NCBI RefSeq assembly: GCF_001194135.2
Contig: NC_068982.1
Span: 118,755,429-118,793,366, forward strand
Length of the DNA: 37,938 bases
Reading direction: 5' to 3'
DNA from: Octopus bimaculoides
Taxonomy: Eukaryota
A program made the translations under genes and the position numbers. Under the pieces are notes generated by a model. The model was not told the DNA's origin and made no database searches. It saw nothing but the letters and a program-made list of their open reading frames with translations. Position 1 is the first letter of the stretch; every line of letters begins with the position of its first letter. Below are positions 24,233-36,120 of this stretch, piece by piece.

Positions 24233-24904
24233 NNNNNNNNNNNNNNNNNNNNNNNNNNNNNNNNNNNNNNNNNNNNNNNNNNNNNNNNNNNNNNNNNNNN
24301 NNNNNNNNNNNNNNNNNNNNNNNNNNNNNNNNNNNNNNNNNNNNNNNNNNNNNNNNNNNNNNNNNNNNNNNNNNNNNNNNNNNNNNNNNNNNNNNNNNNN
24401 NNNNNNNNNNNNNNNNNNNNNNNNNNNNNNNNNNNNNNNNNNNNNNNNNNNNNNNNNNNNNNNNNNNNNNNNNNNNNNNNNNNNNNNNNNNNNNNNNNNN
24501 NNNNNNNNNNNNNNNNNNNNNNNNNNNNNNNNNNNNNNNNNNNNNNNNNNNNNNNNNNNNNNNNNNNNNNNNNNNNNNNNNNNNNNNNNNNNNNNNNNNN
24601 NNNNNNNNNNNNNNNNNNNNNNNNNNNNNNNNNNNNNNNNNNNNNNNNNNNNNNNNNNNNNNNNNNNNNNNNNNNNNNNNNNNNNNNNNNNNNNNNNNNN
24701 NNNNNNNNNNNNNNNNNNNNNNNNNNNNNNNNNNNNNNNNNNNNNNNNNNNNNNNNNNNNNNNNNNNNNNNNNNNNNNNNNNNNNNNNNNNNNNNNNNNN
24801 NNNNNNNNNNNNNNNNNNNNNNNNNNNNNNNNNNNNNNNNNNNNNNNNNNNNNNNNNNNNNNNNNNNNNNNNNNNNNNNNNNNNNNNNNNNNNNNNNNNN
24901 NNNN

Positions 24905-24940
<36 letters not shown>

Positions 24941-24965
24941 TATGTATGAATGTATGTATATATAT
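24167..24965. repeat. (TA)n, N gap 24233-24904, (TG)n
   Basis: Read directly. Source of the X-filled ORFs at 24032-25028. Confidence 0.95.
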
Positions 24966-25361
24966 ACACACATTTATATGTATAATGTATATATTTAAAT
25001 AATTCGGGAAAACGAATTTCCAAATCAATCAGGTAAATCCCTTTAGCATTACATGATACTGCATTTCGTACAGTGGAATCTTGCTTATTTTATCTACAAA
25101 TATGCAAAATATATAATAGAGATCAATAATAATTCAGTTTGGGGGATTAATAGTGATTCGGGAATTCTATTTCAGAGAATACAAAAAAATAACCTAATGA
25201 GTATATCTGAAGGTAAACTCGTGGTATCTATTTGCACATCACGAAATGATATTTCAAAGGATATAACCAGTATACCAGCAGAGTATAAAATATACTTCCT
25301 TAATCATCTCCTACTTAAGTTAAAATTAAAATTATCAATTATATATATATATATATAAGCT

Positions 25362-25573
25362 CATCCCACCACACCCCAACACATTCCTACTCTACCTTCC
25401 CACTCCACCCCATCCAATTCCTTACACCCACCACCCACCTCTACCCACAGACCCCTACCTCTACCCCACACTCCACCCATGCCTTCCCCACCTCCCAACA
25501 CCCTCACATCACACCACACCAATACCCTCGCATCACACCACGCACACCACACCAATACCCTCGCATCACACCA
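25362..25573. repeat. C-rich low-complexity tract ending in a ~24-bp minisatellite that runs into gap 25574-26119
   Basis: Unit CCCTCGCATCACACCACACCAATA repeated about three times at 25500-25573, one copy with a 9-bp insertion. Confidence 0.85.
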
Positions 25574-27249
25574 NNNNNNNNNNNNNNNNNNNNNNNNNNN
25601 NNNNNNNNNNNNNNNNNNNNNNNNNNNNNNNNNNNNNNNNNNNNNNNNNNNNNNNNNNNNNNNNNNNNNNNNNNNNNNNNNNNNNNNNNNNNNNNNNNNN
25701 NNNNNNNNNNNNNNNNNNNNNNNNNNNNNNNNNNNNNNNNNNNNNNNNNNNNNNNNNNNNNNNNNNNNNNNNNNNNNNNNNNNNNNNNNNNNNNNNNNNN
25801 NNNNNNNNNNNNNNNNNNNNNNNNNNNNNNNNNNNNNNNNNNNNNNNNNNNNNNNNNNNNNNNNNNNNNNNNNNNNNNNNNNNNNNNNNNNNNNNNNNNN
25901 NNNNNNNNNNNNNNNNNNNNNNNNNNNNNNNNNNNNNNNNNNNNNNNNNNNNNNNNNNNNNNNNNNNNNNNNNNNNNNNNNNNNNNNNNNNNNNNNNNNN
26001 NNNNNNNNNNNNNNNNNNNNNNNNNNNNNNNNNNNNNNNNNNNNNNNNNNNNNNNNNNNNNNNNNNNNNNNNNNNNNNNNNNNNNNNNNNNNNNNNNNNN
26101 NNNNNNNNNNNNNNNNNNNATATATATACAGATATAGGGCAGGGAATCGTCAATTAGTAATAGAATTAATAATTAACAATTTGTAGTTTGGAATCAGTAG
26201 TTCTTTGACTGCTATTTCTAAATTTTCAGTATGTTGGAGAAGCAACTCAAGCTAATCCCTGTATATTTATGATATATATATATATTAAAAATTATAGATT
26301 ATAGCTTATGCATTATAAAGATGAATTAATATACAAATATCAAAATTATATAGACAAGTGTATAATGTGGAATACAAAATATACGATATAAAATATAAGA
26401 TATAACTTCAGATATACTCAGTAGACTATTTTTTCTTTATTTGAATTATCTGAAATAAAAATACCCGTATATCTATTAATGCCCAAAACTGAATTATATA
26501 ATATATATATACACGCTCACACCTCACACAAACATATACATATGCTTGCATAGCTATTATAATCATATATAAATTGTATGTTTGTATGTATGTGCGGTGT
26601 GTGTGCGCGCGCGTAGTGTGTGTCTATGCTAGCATGTGTGTATGTGAATATTATCCTGGAAAATGACAACCGTAGATGTATACTATTACATATTTAAAAG
26701 TCGTAAATATCATGTTATATTTAATTTTCTTTATTATTTAATACCAATGCGTAGTGTATTGTGTCAAAACAATAATTGAAGCATCAACAAGCTCGCTATT
26801 GACACACTTGTTTTTCATTGAAAGAATATAACATAAATGTTGAGAAACACTATGATGTTAATCTTAACAAACTGAAGAATTGGCAAACAGGCGAGCTATT
26901 ATGAGATCGCTTTCTCGGCTGAATTAAAGCAACACGTCTCCAGATATATTGCTGAACCTCTTTAAAATAGATCACATTAGAGGAAATATATCAGGAGTGA
27001 AGTTGGTTTCAACAATTAATACAACGGCTGAATTGTTGAAAAATGCGGAAGAGATAAGCACACTTTCAAAACCTGGAGCATCAAATGACATACTTTATCA
27101 AAGTTTAATCACTGTTACCACTTGCAGCAAACAAAAGTAAAAAAATGATTTACTTGTTCATAATTACATTTAAACATGAGTTAAAAGTAATCTAATTACA
27201 AGATACGCACTACAATGATCGACTGAATAAAATCGCATACATACATTCA

Positions 27250-27305
27250 TGTATGCATACATACATACATACATACATACATACATACATACATACATAC
27301 ATACA
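27250..27305. repeat. (TACA)n microsatellite
   Basis: Read directly. Confidence 0.9.
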
Positions 27306-27543
27306 TGCATGCATGTATACTTAAATACATACAGGAGATGGCGCATTCTAGATCATACACACAAGATGGCGCCGTCAACATCAGATGGGCAAGCTTGGAG
27401 AACCGTTTAAAATTTTTTGGGAACATTTACTCCAACATTTATGCCAATTCCTCCAGCTCAAATCAGCAAGTGGCGTATTTCTTCAGTTATAAATTTGAGT
27501 AACACGCTTTACTTACCGACGTAGCGTTATTTAGACCTAAGTT

Positions 27544-27575
<32 letters not shown>

Positions 27576-27747
27576 NNNNNNNNNNNNNNNNNNNNNNNNN
27601 NNNNNNNNNNNNNNNNNNNNNNNNNNNNNNNNNNNNNNNNNNNNNNNNNNNNNNNNNNNNNNNNNNNNNNNNNNNNNNNNNNNNNNNNNNNNNNNNNNNN
27701 NNNNNNNNNNNNNNNNNNNNNNNNNNNNNNNNNNNNNNNNNNNNNNN
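27576..27747. other. Assembly gap after (TA)n
   Basis: N run. Confidence 1.
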
Positions 27748-29654
27748 CCGTGAAACAAGTTCGGCAACAAGCACCCCACTTTTTTTTTTTTTTATGGCTT
27801 GTTCTTGTGGTGTAAATCGATTTTTTCAAAAGACTGAAAACTGGATAAAACCTGCCAGAACTGATCGAAAATAATGTAAACAAACCACTTCCACCATCAT
27901 TAAATTCTAACCAAATGTAACGGATTTAACAGGGACAACTGTAATATATTCAATTTAGAAAAATCCTGAACTTGAGTGCACTGAGTGAAAATCTTCTCTA
28001 CCGCAAGCAATTTCTGAACGAATAGAGATCTAATGAACTGTCTGGAAACTATACACGCGGAAAAACGGAAACACCGGAAGATAAAAAAGAAGGTGTAGAA
28101 ATATACAAGACTAATAGAAAGAACTATATTTTGGTGGATGACTTTAGGAAAGAATTTGGCCCTCTTAAGTTGGACATTTCTAACAAATATATATGAGGGC
28201 CTCATCTCCCCGACGCCATGAGTCCGGGAAAAAGAAGATGAAATGGGACTCCCACCTCAGACACCGATTACAATCTAAGTCTTCTTATGGCTGTTCACGT
28301 AGGATGCATAAATGTGAGTGGCCTGGCGTCGAGCTAGAGACAAGGACGTTTCCTAAATGACGCCAGGTCACGATGTTTAGATGTTATTGTTGCCACTGAA
28401 ATCCGGTTAAAAGGGCCAAGATATCTGCTCCCGCTCTTGAAAGGCTACGAGGGCGGGGTGTTGGACATGCTTAAAAGAAACCAAGTTCCAGTGGAAAGTT
28501 AATTTTTTTTAATTTGTTTTTTTTATGTAGAAGGTAGGCTGGTCGTTTTAGACCTGACATTCAGTTGTGGTAAGGAAATCAGGCTGGTCGCTGTTTATGC
28601 ACACAATTCGTGTCGGACAGATTATTATCGAGATTTGGACAAGTTTCTAGGTACATCATATTCATTAGTTGTGGTTAGGAGACTTTAACACTATCCTCGA
28701 TGCACGCGTGGATAGTGTTGGCTCAAATACTGATAGGAGACCTAACATTGGCTTCCGGGATCTACTAAGTCACCTTCAGCTAATAGATCCCTACAGACTA
28801 GAATTACTGGACGCTCCATTGTGGATATGGTCAAATAGCGACGGATCTTCTAGGTCTCACATAGATAGAATTTTATTAGAAAGTTAGATAAAGATATAGT
28901 TATGTATCCACAATATCACCTGGTCAGTTACTGTAACCAAAAGATAGTCACTTGTAAACTGTACCTAGATAAGTTATGTAGTAAGGGATCCCGCTATTGT
29001 AAACTCAATAAATCCTTTTTGGCGATTTAGGAGTACAGGAGCCGGATTAAATTATTAATACAGAGGGCGTTGACCGGTTGCATTATTAACAACAAATGGT
29101 TTTACATGCTCAAAAGAGCCATTAAATTTGAGTCTATTTGATATAGTGCAGTTTTAGTGACTAGAGAGCGTAGGAAGGAAATTGAATTAGTTAAGGCCCT
29201 AGAGGAAGTCATGAGAACTGGCGACGCAACCCAGTGAAGAGACTGGAGTTAAACCAGCACCACTGTATCGTCAGAGCTAGATTTCGCTCAATGGGGAGCG
29301 AGGGAATCAAGGCCGCTGGATGAGCACGTGTTGTTAAGTCTCAACGTGGAAGCGATTCCATAATTTGATCTTTGGTGAATTCGCAGGGTGAGTTGATAAA
29401 CGAACCCTAAGAAATGTGTCGGACTTTTCAGGAGCACTTCGCCCAGCTTTTCAGGGTGAGCGATGGACCGGATAGGAGGACAAACCTTACGGACTTCCTC
29501 GCCGGGATGCCGCGTCTCTCGGGGTAGGATTCGGAGAGTTGTGAAGGGTCGATCACACCCGAGGAAGTGATTGGGGCCATAGCTGACTGCGGCGGTGGTA
29601 AGGTGCTGGGACTCGATGGTCTACATTACAAGCTATATAAAGGTATGCCAGACT
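27748..29654 (+). mobile_element. Decayed Tx1/L1-clade LINE: possible ORF1 tail, ORF2 APE endonuclease and linker, truncated at the RT start
   Basis: ORF2 start ATG at 28287 (MAVHVGCINVSGL), then VIVATEIRL, GRLVVLDL, LVAVYAHN, GDFNTILDARVD, WIWSNSDGSSRSHIDRIL, RYCKLNKSFL, and GLDGLHYKLYKGMP (KSPGPDG-like). The 5' boundary and ORF1 assignment are less certain. Confidence 0.8.
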
Positions 29655-31979
29655 CTCTGTCTGTCGTATCTTCAACATCCCTATCAAAGTGACCATGCAT
29701 TCTTTTCTTTACCCACCTATTTTCAGTTCATTCGTTTTCAATTTCTTGTATAGTGCTTTATCTTTGCAATTTTTCATCGTACACAAGCCTGACCTTCCTA
29801 CTTCTAATATTAGCGGTTCTGAGGCATTTTTTACATACCATGCAATGTTGTTTTCTTCTGCTCTTCGCCCTATTTTTCTTGGTTCATAGTCTGTCTGTTT
29901 CACTTTTTGAGTGAGTGACCCATATCTAGTTAGCGACTTCCTTGTCTTTCTGTCTAAGCTGTTTAGTTTGTCGGCTGTCCATACGATTACCCTTGCCCGA
30001 TATCTAAGGAGTGAAACCATCCAGGTGTTGATAGCTTCGATCTTATTCCGTCCGTTTAATTTCGACTTAAGGATCAGTCTCAATCTGCGTAAGTACTCAA
30101 CCTTAAATTTTTCTTTTATTTCTTTCTACATTAATTTATCCATTTCCCAAATCTTCAAGTACTTGTAGCCCGTCTCTTCTATCTGCTTCATAACCTTCCT
30201 CGACGGTATTGTTAGTCCGTCCATACATTTGATTTTGCCTCTCTTCAATACCAACACACCACACTTTCTTAGTCCGAAGTCCATTCTGATATCAGCCCTG
30301 AAGGTATACACCCTATCAACGAGAGAACTGACTTGGGCTTCATCTTTACCATAAAGTTTGGGGTTGTCCATGAATAACAAACGTTTACATTTTTTGTTAG
30401 CGGCTTTTGAATACATACCCAGCTTTTGCTTTCCTCAGAATGAGTGTCAGTGGTATCAAGCACTGTACAAAGATCAATGGGAGCAGGCAGTCCCCCTTGG
30501 AAGATGCCTCTCCTTATTTCTATTGTCCCTAAACCTCTTCCGCATACTGTCAGGTCCGTCCTCCAATTTGCCATACTTTTTCCAAGCAATCGCTCAACAT
30601 TCGCTGCAATCTCAAACAAGTTCATACACTCCATAATCCAAGAACGTGGGATCATATCGTACGCCTTACGATAATCGATCCATGTCATGTCTAAATTACT
30701 TTTCCTCCTCTAGCAGTCTCTAAGTACAGTTTTATCTATCAGCAGTTGAATTCTTGGTACCTCTGCACTTACGTTTGCAACCCTTCTGCTCATGTGGCAG
30801 GACTCCATTTTTTCTAGATGTCCGTACATTGACTCTGCGAATATTCCAGTCAATAATTTCGACATAAGTGGCAAACAGGATATCAACCTGTAATTGTCTA
30901 CCTTATTGCCTGTTTCGATGTTTTTTAGGCACAGTACAGACCTACCCAATGTCAACCACTCTGGTGTTGTTTGGTCGTCATTTAACAAGGTGTTGAGTTT
31001 TCCTTCACTTTCCTAACTGAAATGACTATTTCTGCCTCTTTTGGACAGACTGCTGCTTGTTTCAGTTCTTGCAACTATTCAGCATCCTTCTTGTGCTCCT
31101 TGGCTTTGATGCAGATGTCACTCCAAAACATTTGTCTTCCAATGTTAACAGGTATCAACTTTTCATTTGTACATCCTCCATTTATTTCTTTATAGAATCT
31201 CTTCTAATCTACTCTGCATAACCTATTCTGTTGCTTACCGTTCGTTCTTTGTTCGTATCTTACTATCTTTGCTTTCTTTGCAGCCAGGCGCTGTTTCAGT
31301 TCCTCCACTAGTACTTTCAGGCCCTTTCTTTCAGTATTATACTTCCTTTTCAGCGCCCTGTATTTTTGTTCGCTTTTAAGCTGCCCTTTCTCTTTTCGGT
31401 CTAACACAGAGATTTCATTCGAGAGCATGTCTAATCCTGGATTCTACTTTTCCACCATGGATCTTTTCTTTTGTCACTCCCATTATGTTTCTTTTTCTTG
31501 ACATCAACACCCACATTTTCTGTTACAACAATACTTGCTGCCTTGATCAAATTATTTGTTTATGTGATGTTGTTTGTTCTGATGTATTTCAGAATTTCAT
31601 TGACATTTTTCGCTAAATAATGTCGCTATTGTTCTCCTGTATTCTACGACAGAATAAATTATGTCGTAGATTGTCTTTTGTTCATCTGTCATGTCGCTAT
31701 TAGTTTTATCGTCTGCTTTTAGATCATCTATATGTCTCTCAACAAGTAACCTACAACTGCTCATTTCCTGTGCTATGAGATCACTCTTATTAGCAAGAAC
31801 TGTATTCACAATATACAGCATTCACAGTATACCACCGTTATTCACAATATTTTGTTTTTTCTTTGTCACTCATATGAGGTAGCGACTATCAGGTTGCGCA
31901 ATTACCAGTGTTTTTATTGTGACACCATCACTAGATGTATCATTATGAGCCCATAAGGCGACTCCACCCGTTTCCTTTA
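29647..31979 (-). mobile_element. Decayed Dong/R4-clade non-LTR retrotransposon, 3' (RLE) end missing
   Basis: Minus-strand fragments: ILKYIRTNNIT..NLIKAAS, DPWWKSRI, NYRLISCLPLMSKLLTG, WIDYRKAYDMIPRSWI, IRRGIFQG, LLFMDNPKLYG, DFGLRKC, GYKYL, ILKSKLNGRNKIEAINTW, LDRKTRK, MHGHFDRD. No APE domain. These motifs are characteristic of R4/Dong elements. Confidence 0.85.
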
Positions 31980-32041
<62 letters not shown>

Positions 32042-32090
32042 CATTGTTATTATTATTATTATCATCATCATCATCATCATCATCATCACT
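31980..32090. repeat. Compound (TTA)n-(TCA)n microsatellite
   Basis: Read directly. It abuts the 5' end of the R4/Dong-like element. Confidence 0.95.
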
Positions 32091-32446
32091 GATATCACTG
32101 GTATTATTCTTTTTATGTGTAGCAGTAGCAGTGGTTGCAGCAACAGCAACAGTAGCAGGGGTAGGGTAGTGGTAAGGGTGGTGGTCTATAAATAGATTGG
32201 GGAGATGGTGGAGAGGTCAGCCATAGAGACAAAAGGATCTTCGATTATTATTATGTTATGTTTCCTCAACCAGAGACATGAATTAACAACAAGGTCTTGC
32301 ATCTGAAGATGTTATCAGGTGAGATACCATGCTAATGAAAACACTGATAACTGCTTTCTTTCCCTTACATCTCAATACAACAGATTACTGAAGTCGTATT
32401 AGTCACATTTTGGAAGTTTCAATATCTTTCCTATTTTCATTATATG

Positions 32447-32626
32447 AAAAAATGGCTTGGCGGCTTAACGTATCTTTTTACGCTCTGCAATCAAATTCTC
32501 CTAAAGTCGACTTTGCCTTTCACCCTTTCATGTCGATGAAAGAAGTACTCGTCAAGTACTGGCGTCGATATAAGCGACTCTCCCTCTCCTCTAACATTCC
32601 ACTACTTGGGTCTATCGTAGGAAGGA
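32447..32626 (+). mobile_element. SINE family B, copy 6, 5'-truncated and diverged
   Basis: AAAGTCGACTTTGCCTTTCACCCTTTCATGTCGATGAAAGAAGTAC..CTGGCGTCGATATAAGCGACT..TATCGTAGGAAGGATT. Confidence 0.75.
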
Positions 32627-34021
32627 TTAATGTTATTCTCATTATCATTTATTATTATTCAATTAATACTATTAGGAATTGTGTGATTGTTGCTATTAGT
32701 ACCATTATTATCATCACAGTTTTTGTTGTTCCTATTAGTGTTGTTGCTGCTGATATTAATCTTATTGCTCTGTGTATTTTATTTATTATTGTAAAGTTAT
32801 TGTCGTGACTATAGATTTGTTGTTATTTTTAATCCCCTCTATTTATAAGCAAAGTTACTTATAGTATATCATGTACTTTTTGTATACCATCTATGGGAGC
32901 TCAGTTTGGTAAGTTTCCAATTCAAGCATGCCATCGTTTTGTGTAATATGTCTTTCATTTTACTTGTTATATGGTTTGCAGAATGGAATACCGAAACAAT
33001 TCTATCCTATATTAACCCTCAAAAACATGGAAGTGACCGCAGCATTTGTTTTTGTGTTGAAGCCATATTTTTAATATAAATAACAATATATATCAAACGC
33101 TGTAAACTGATACTCTATCTTGAACTATTTACCCAAGATTTTTCGGCTTTTTTTTCAATTAGAGTTTGGGCTTATATTGTTTGTTTTAATTTCCAGGTAA
33201 TCATGGAATGGACCGCTGTGGTCCTGTCAATCGTGTGTCCTATTGTCGTAGATGAAACAATAATAAATTCGCATCGAGAAAAACGTTCTCGATTTTTTTT
33301 GTTTTTTCAGTGTTCGAGAACTTTTATGACACATTTGTCCAGCTGATTAGATGCGATCCGTTGAAACGAGCCACACGAAAGTGATCAGTGTTTTTCAACC
33401 TCATTGATACAGCAGCGTACAGTCGTTTTCGTTATGTATTAAGTAGCATCCACAATTCAAACAGAAGTGCAAACACCAATCTAGATGCGAATTTCTCAAA
33501 ATGTGGGCTAAAGAACTTCTTTGTGATAAACAAACTGAAGACATAATTTCAGTATCCAAAAGACAAAAATGTCACTAATGAGGAATTTGCAGCATTTGTC
33601 TTCTGGTAAATAGAGAGAGTAGAATTAACGGCCGAAAGCGTCAGAATTTTGCATGTGAGCTGTGTAAATTATTGTTATTTTTGTTTGGAAATTTGTTTCA
33701 ATAAAAATTGATTTGGACCAGTGTGGTCAACTTCGTGTGCTTATATAATACATTTTCCTGTGATTTACAGGGTTAAAATTAGGAGCATTGATATGCTCAT
33801 CATCTTCATCTTTTTATTCTATATAACTCTAGAAAGGTACGTACTAATGTATCCTCTCAGAGATGGTTACCTGAAATTTCTGCACCAAATGACTACTTTA
33901 AATATCAGCGTTAATTAGTGGATAGACAGGAATTATTACAGAATGTTGCAGAAGAATTACACTGAGATTTTGCCACTCAAAACTTACAATACCTTATGTG
34001 TGTGCTTGCGCAAGTGCGTGT

Positions 34022-34024
<3 letters not shown>

Positions 34025-34072
<48 letters not shown>

Positions 34073-34242
34073 NNNNNNNNNNNNNNNNNNNNNNNNNNNN
34101 NNNNNNNNNNNNNNNNNNNNNNNNNNNNNNNNNNNNNNNNNNNNNNNNNNNNNNNNNNNNNNNNNNNNNNNNNNNNNNNNNNNNNNNNNNNNNNNNNNNN
34201 NNNNNNNNNNNNNNNNNNNNNNNNNNNNNNNNNNNNNNNNNN

Positions 34243-34320
<78 letters not shown>

Positions 34321-34485
34321 ACGAGCGTGCGCATACGCACATACACATATATAAACATACTTATATATTTGTGTGTGTGTGTGTGTGTGTGTGTCTGTGT
34401 GCATCTGTGTGTGTATCTATGCATGTGTGTTGGTAGGTAGTTAGGTAAGTAGCGAGGTAGGAAGGTAGGTGTGTAGGTAGGAAGG
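34025..34485. repeat. (TG)n, N gap 34073-34242, (CA)n, (TG)n, degenerate (GTAG)n
   Basis: Read directly. Confidence 0.95.
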
Positions 34486-35599
34486 TATGAGAACCAGAGA
34501 TATATAAAGATGTCTGTGTACTTGAGCAATAAGAAAGAAATACAATGATAGATATAGTTAATCTCCGAGTCATTCGTTCTTCTTTGTGTTATAGTAAATT
34601 TGGCGAGTAAATAAAACTAGATGAAATTTTAGTTATCCAAATGGCAAAGATCAATGAAGAAATCCAGTGAGAAATTCATCCCAGAATATCTTGAGAAATG
34701 TCAGACGAATGAAATAGTTCAGCCATTTATTTAGCTTTGCGCATGTTGTTCATTAGAGCGTAGAACGAATGTATCTATGGTAAAGTATTTAGAAGATTCA
34801 CAAATTCTCCTTGGACGATTATCCCTATCCATTGTCTAGTCTACTTCCAGTGCCGCTTCATTACTCTCTGAGAATGTTTCAATGGTTGATTACGCAGCGG
34901 TTTAGCCATTTCGAACGGTGTATGTGGCATTCGCCGTCCGTGACTGGCATTACGTTGCTATTTTATCTGTACTAAATCAGTGAACTTACCAAATTTAAAA
35001 CTAATATTCTTTGTTAATATCTAGCACGTGAACACGTAAATTGTATTTCTTAATGTTCATGTTACTGAAGTTTATGGGTCATCCAACTGCTGCTACTGCA
35101 ATTCCAAGTTTAGTGAATTGCTGCTGATATTGTAAAGTGCTGCTGATGTTACAATATATGGAATCTTCTTTGGATAATAATCTAGGGAAATTTCCCTTTG
35201 ACTGTTACATGCAAAGTTTTGAAATTGAAAATAGTTCACCACGTGACAGGGTTGCATACTGTCTGTCAGCCAAGACATAATACGCAGAGTTGTGGTCCAG
35301 GCCCGTTTAAGTTAATAATGCACTGGTGTAGATATAAGAAAACCTTACGTGTTAAACAAATCGATTCAGTCCACCTGTGATGGTGCAAAAATTTGTTTAT
35401 AATGAATACAATGATCTAAAATATACAGAACACAAATCAACTTCTTTGAGACTTACATTACATCTCTGATATTTTGTGCAGGCAAATATTAACTATTTTG
35501 GAATAACCACATACTGACAAATTGACTATAATATATATGCTCGCATATCTGTGCGCCATAGTATATGTGTGTGCATGTGTATCTGAGCATGTATGCATA

Positions 35600-35603
35600 T
35601 ATG

Positions 35604-35672
<69 letters not shown>

Positions 35673-35710
35673 GTGTCTGTGTGTGTGTGTGGTGTGTGTG
35701 TGTGTGTGTA
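35600..35710. repeat. (TA)n/(TG)n microsatellite
   Basis: Read directly. Confidence 0.95.
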
Positions 35711-35748
35711 GTATATATATGCGTCTGCATATGTATATGCGTGTGTAT

Positions 35749-36084
35749 ATTTTAGCTTCTACTGGCTTCAATCATTTGATTGCAACCATGCTAGGAAACC
35801 GCCTTGAAGAGTTTCAGATGAACCGCTAGGTTACAGGGACATAAACACACCAGCACCAGTTGATAAGCGGTGGTGAGGGACAAATATATAGATGTTGATA
35901 GATATATGCATATAAATGTATACGACTGCCACTTTCAGTTTCGTCTACTAAATCTAACCACAAGGCTTTTAGTCCACTCGAGGCTATGGTAGAAGTCACG
36001 TACGGCAGGTACCACGCACTGGCACTGAACCTGGAACAATGCAGATGGGAAGCAACCTTTTTACGATACAACCACACCTACACC

Positions 36085-36086
<2 letters not shown>
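35749..36086 (-). mobile_element. tRNA-derived SINE family C
   Basis: Reverse complement begins AAGGTGTAGGTGTGGTTGTATCG with B-box-like GGTTCAGTGCC, then GCGTGGTACC, TTCTACCATAGCCTCG, GGTGTGTTTATGTCCCTGTAACCTAGCGG and 3' AAGGCGGTTTCCTAGCATGG. Homologous to 16029-16245. Confidence 0.8.

Positions 36087-36087
<1 letters not shown>

Positions 36088-36119
<32 letters not shown>
36088..36119. repeat. (CA)n microsatellite
   Basis: Read directly. Confidence 0.95.

Positions 36120-36120
<1 letters not shown>

Noticed and set aside
25053-25358. 101-aa ORF, and the 63-aa ORF at 26949-27140
   Set aside because: AT-rich composition, no recognisable domain and weak splice signals.
28500-28540. Poly-T..TAG|AAG|GTAGGC splice-like arrangement
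   Set aside because: Lies within the Tx1 endonuclease (EGRLVV codons) next to a T-rich insertion, so it is explained by the element.
34440-34452. TTAG|GTAAGT, a perfect AG|GT junction
   Set aside because: Part of the degenerate (GTAG)n repeat, with no polypyrimidine tract.
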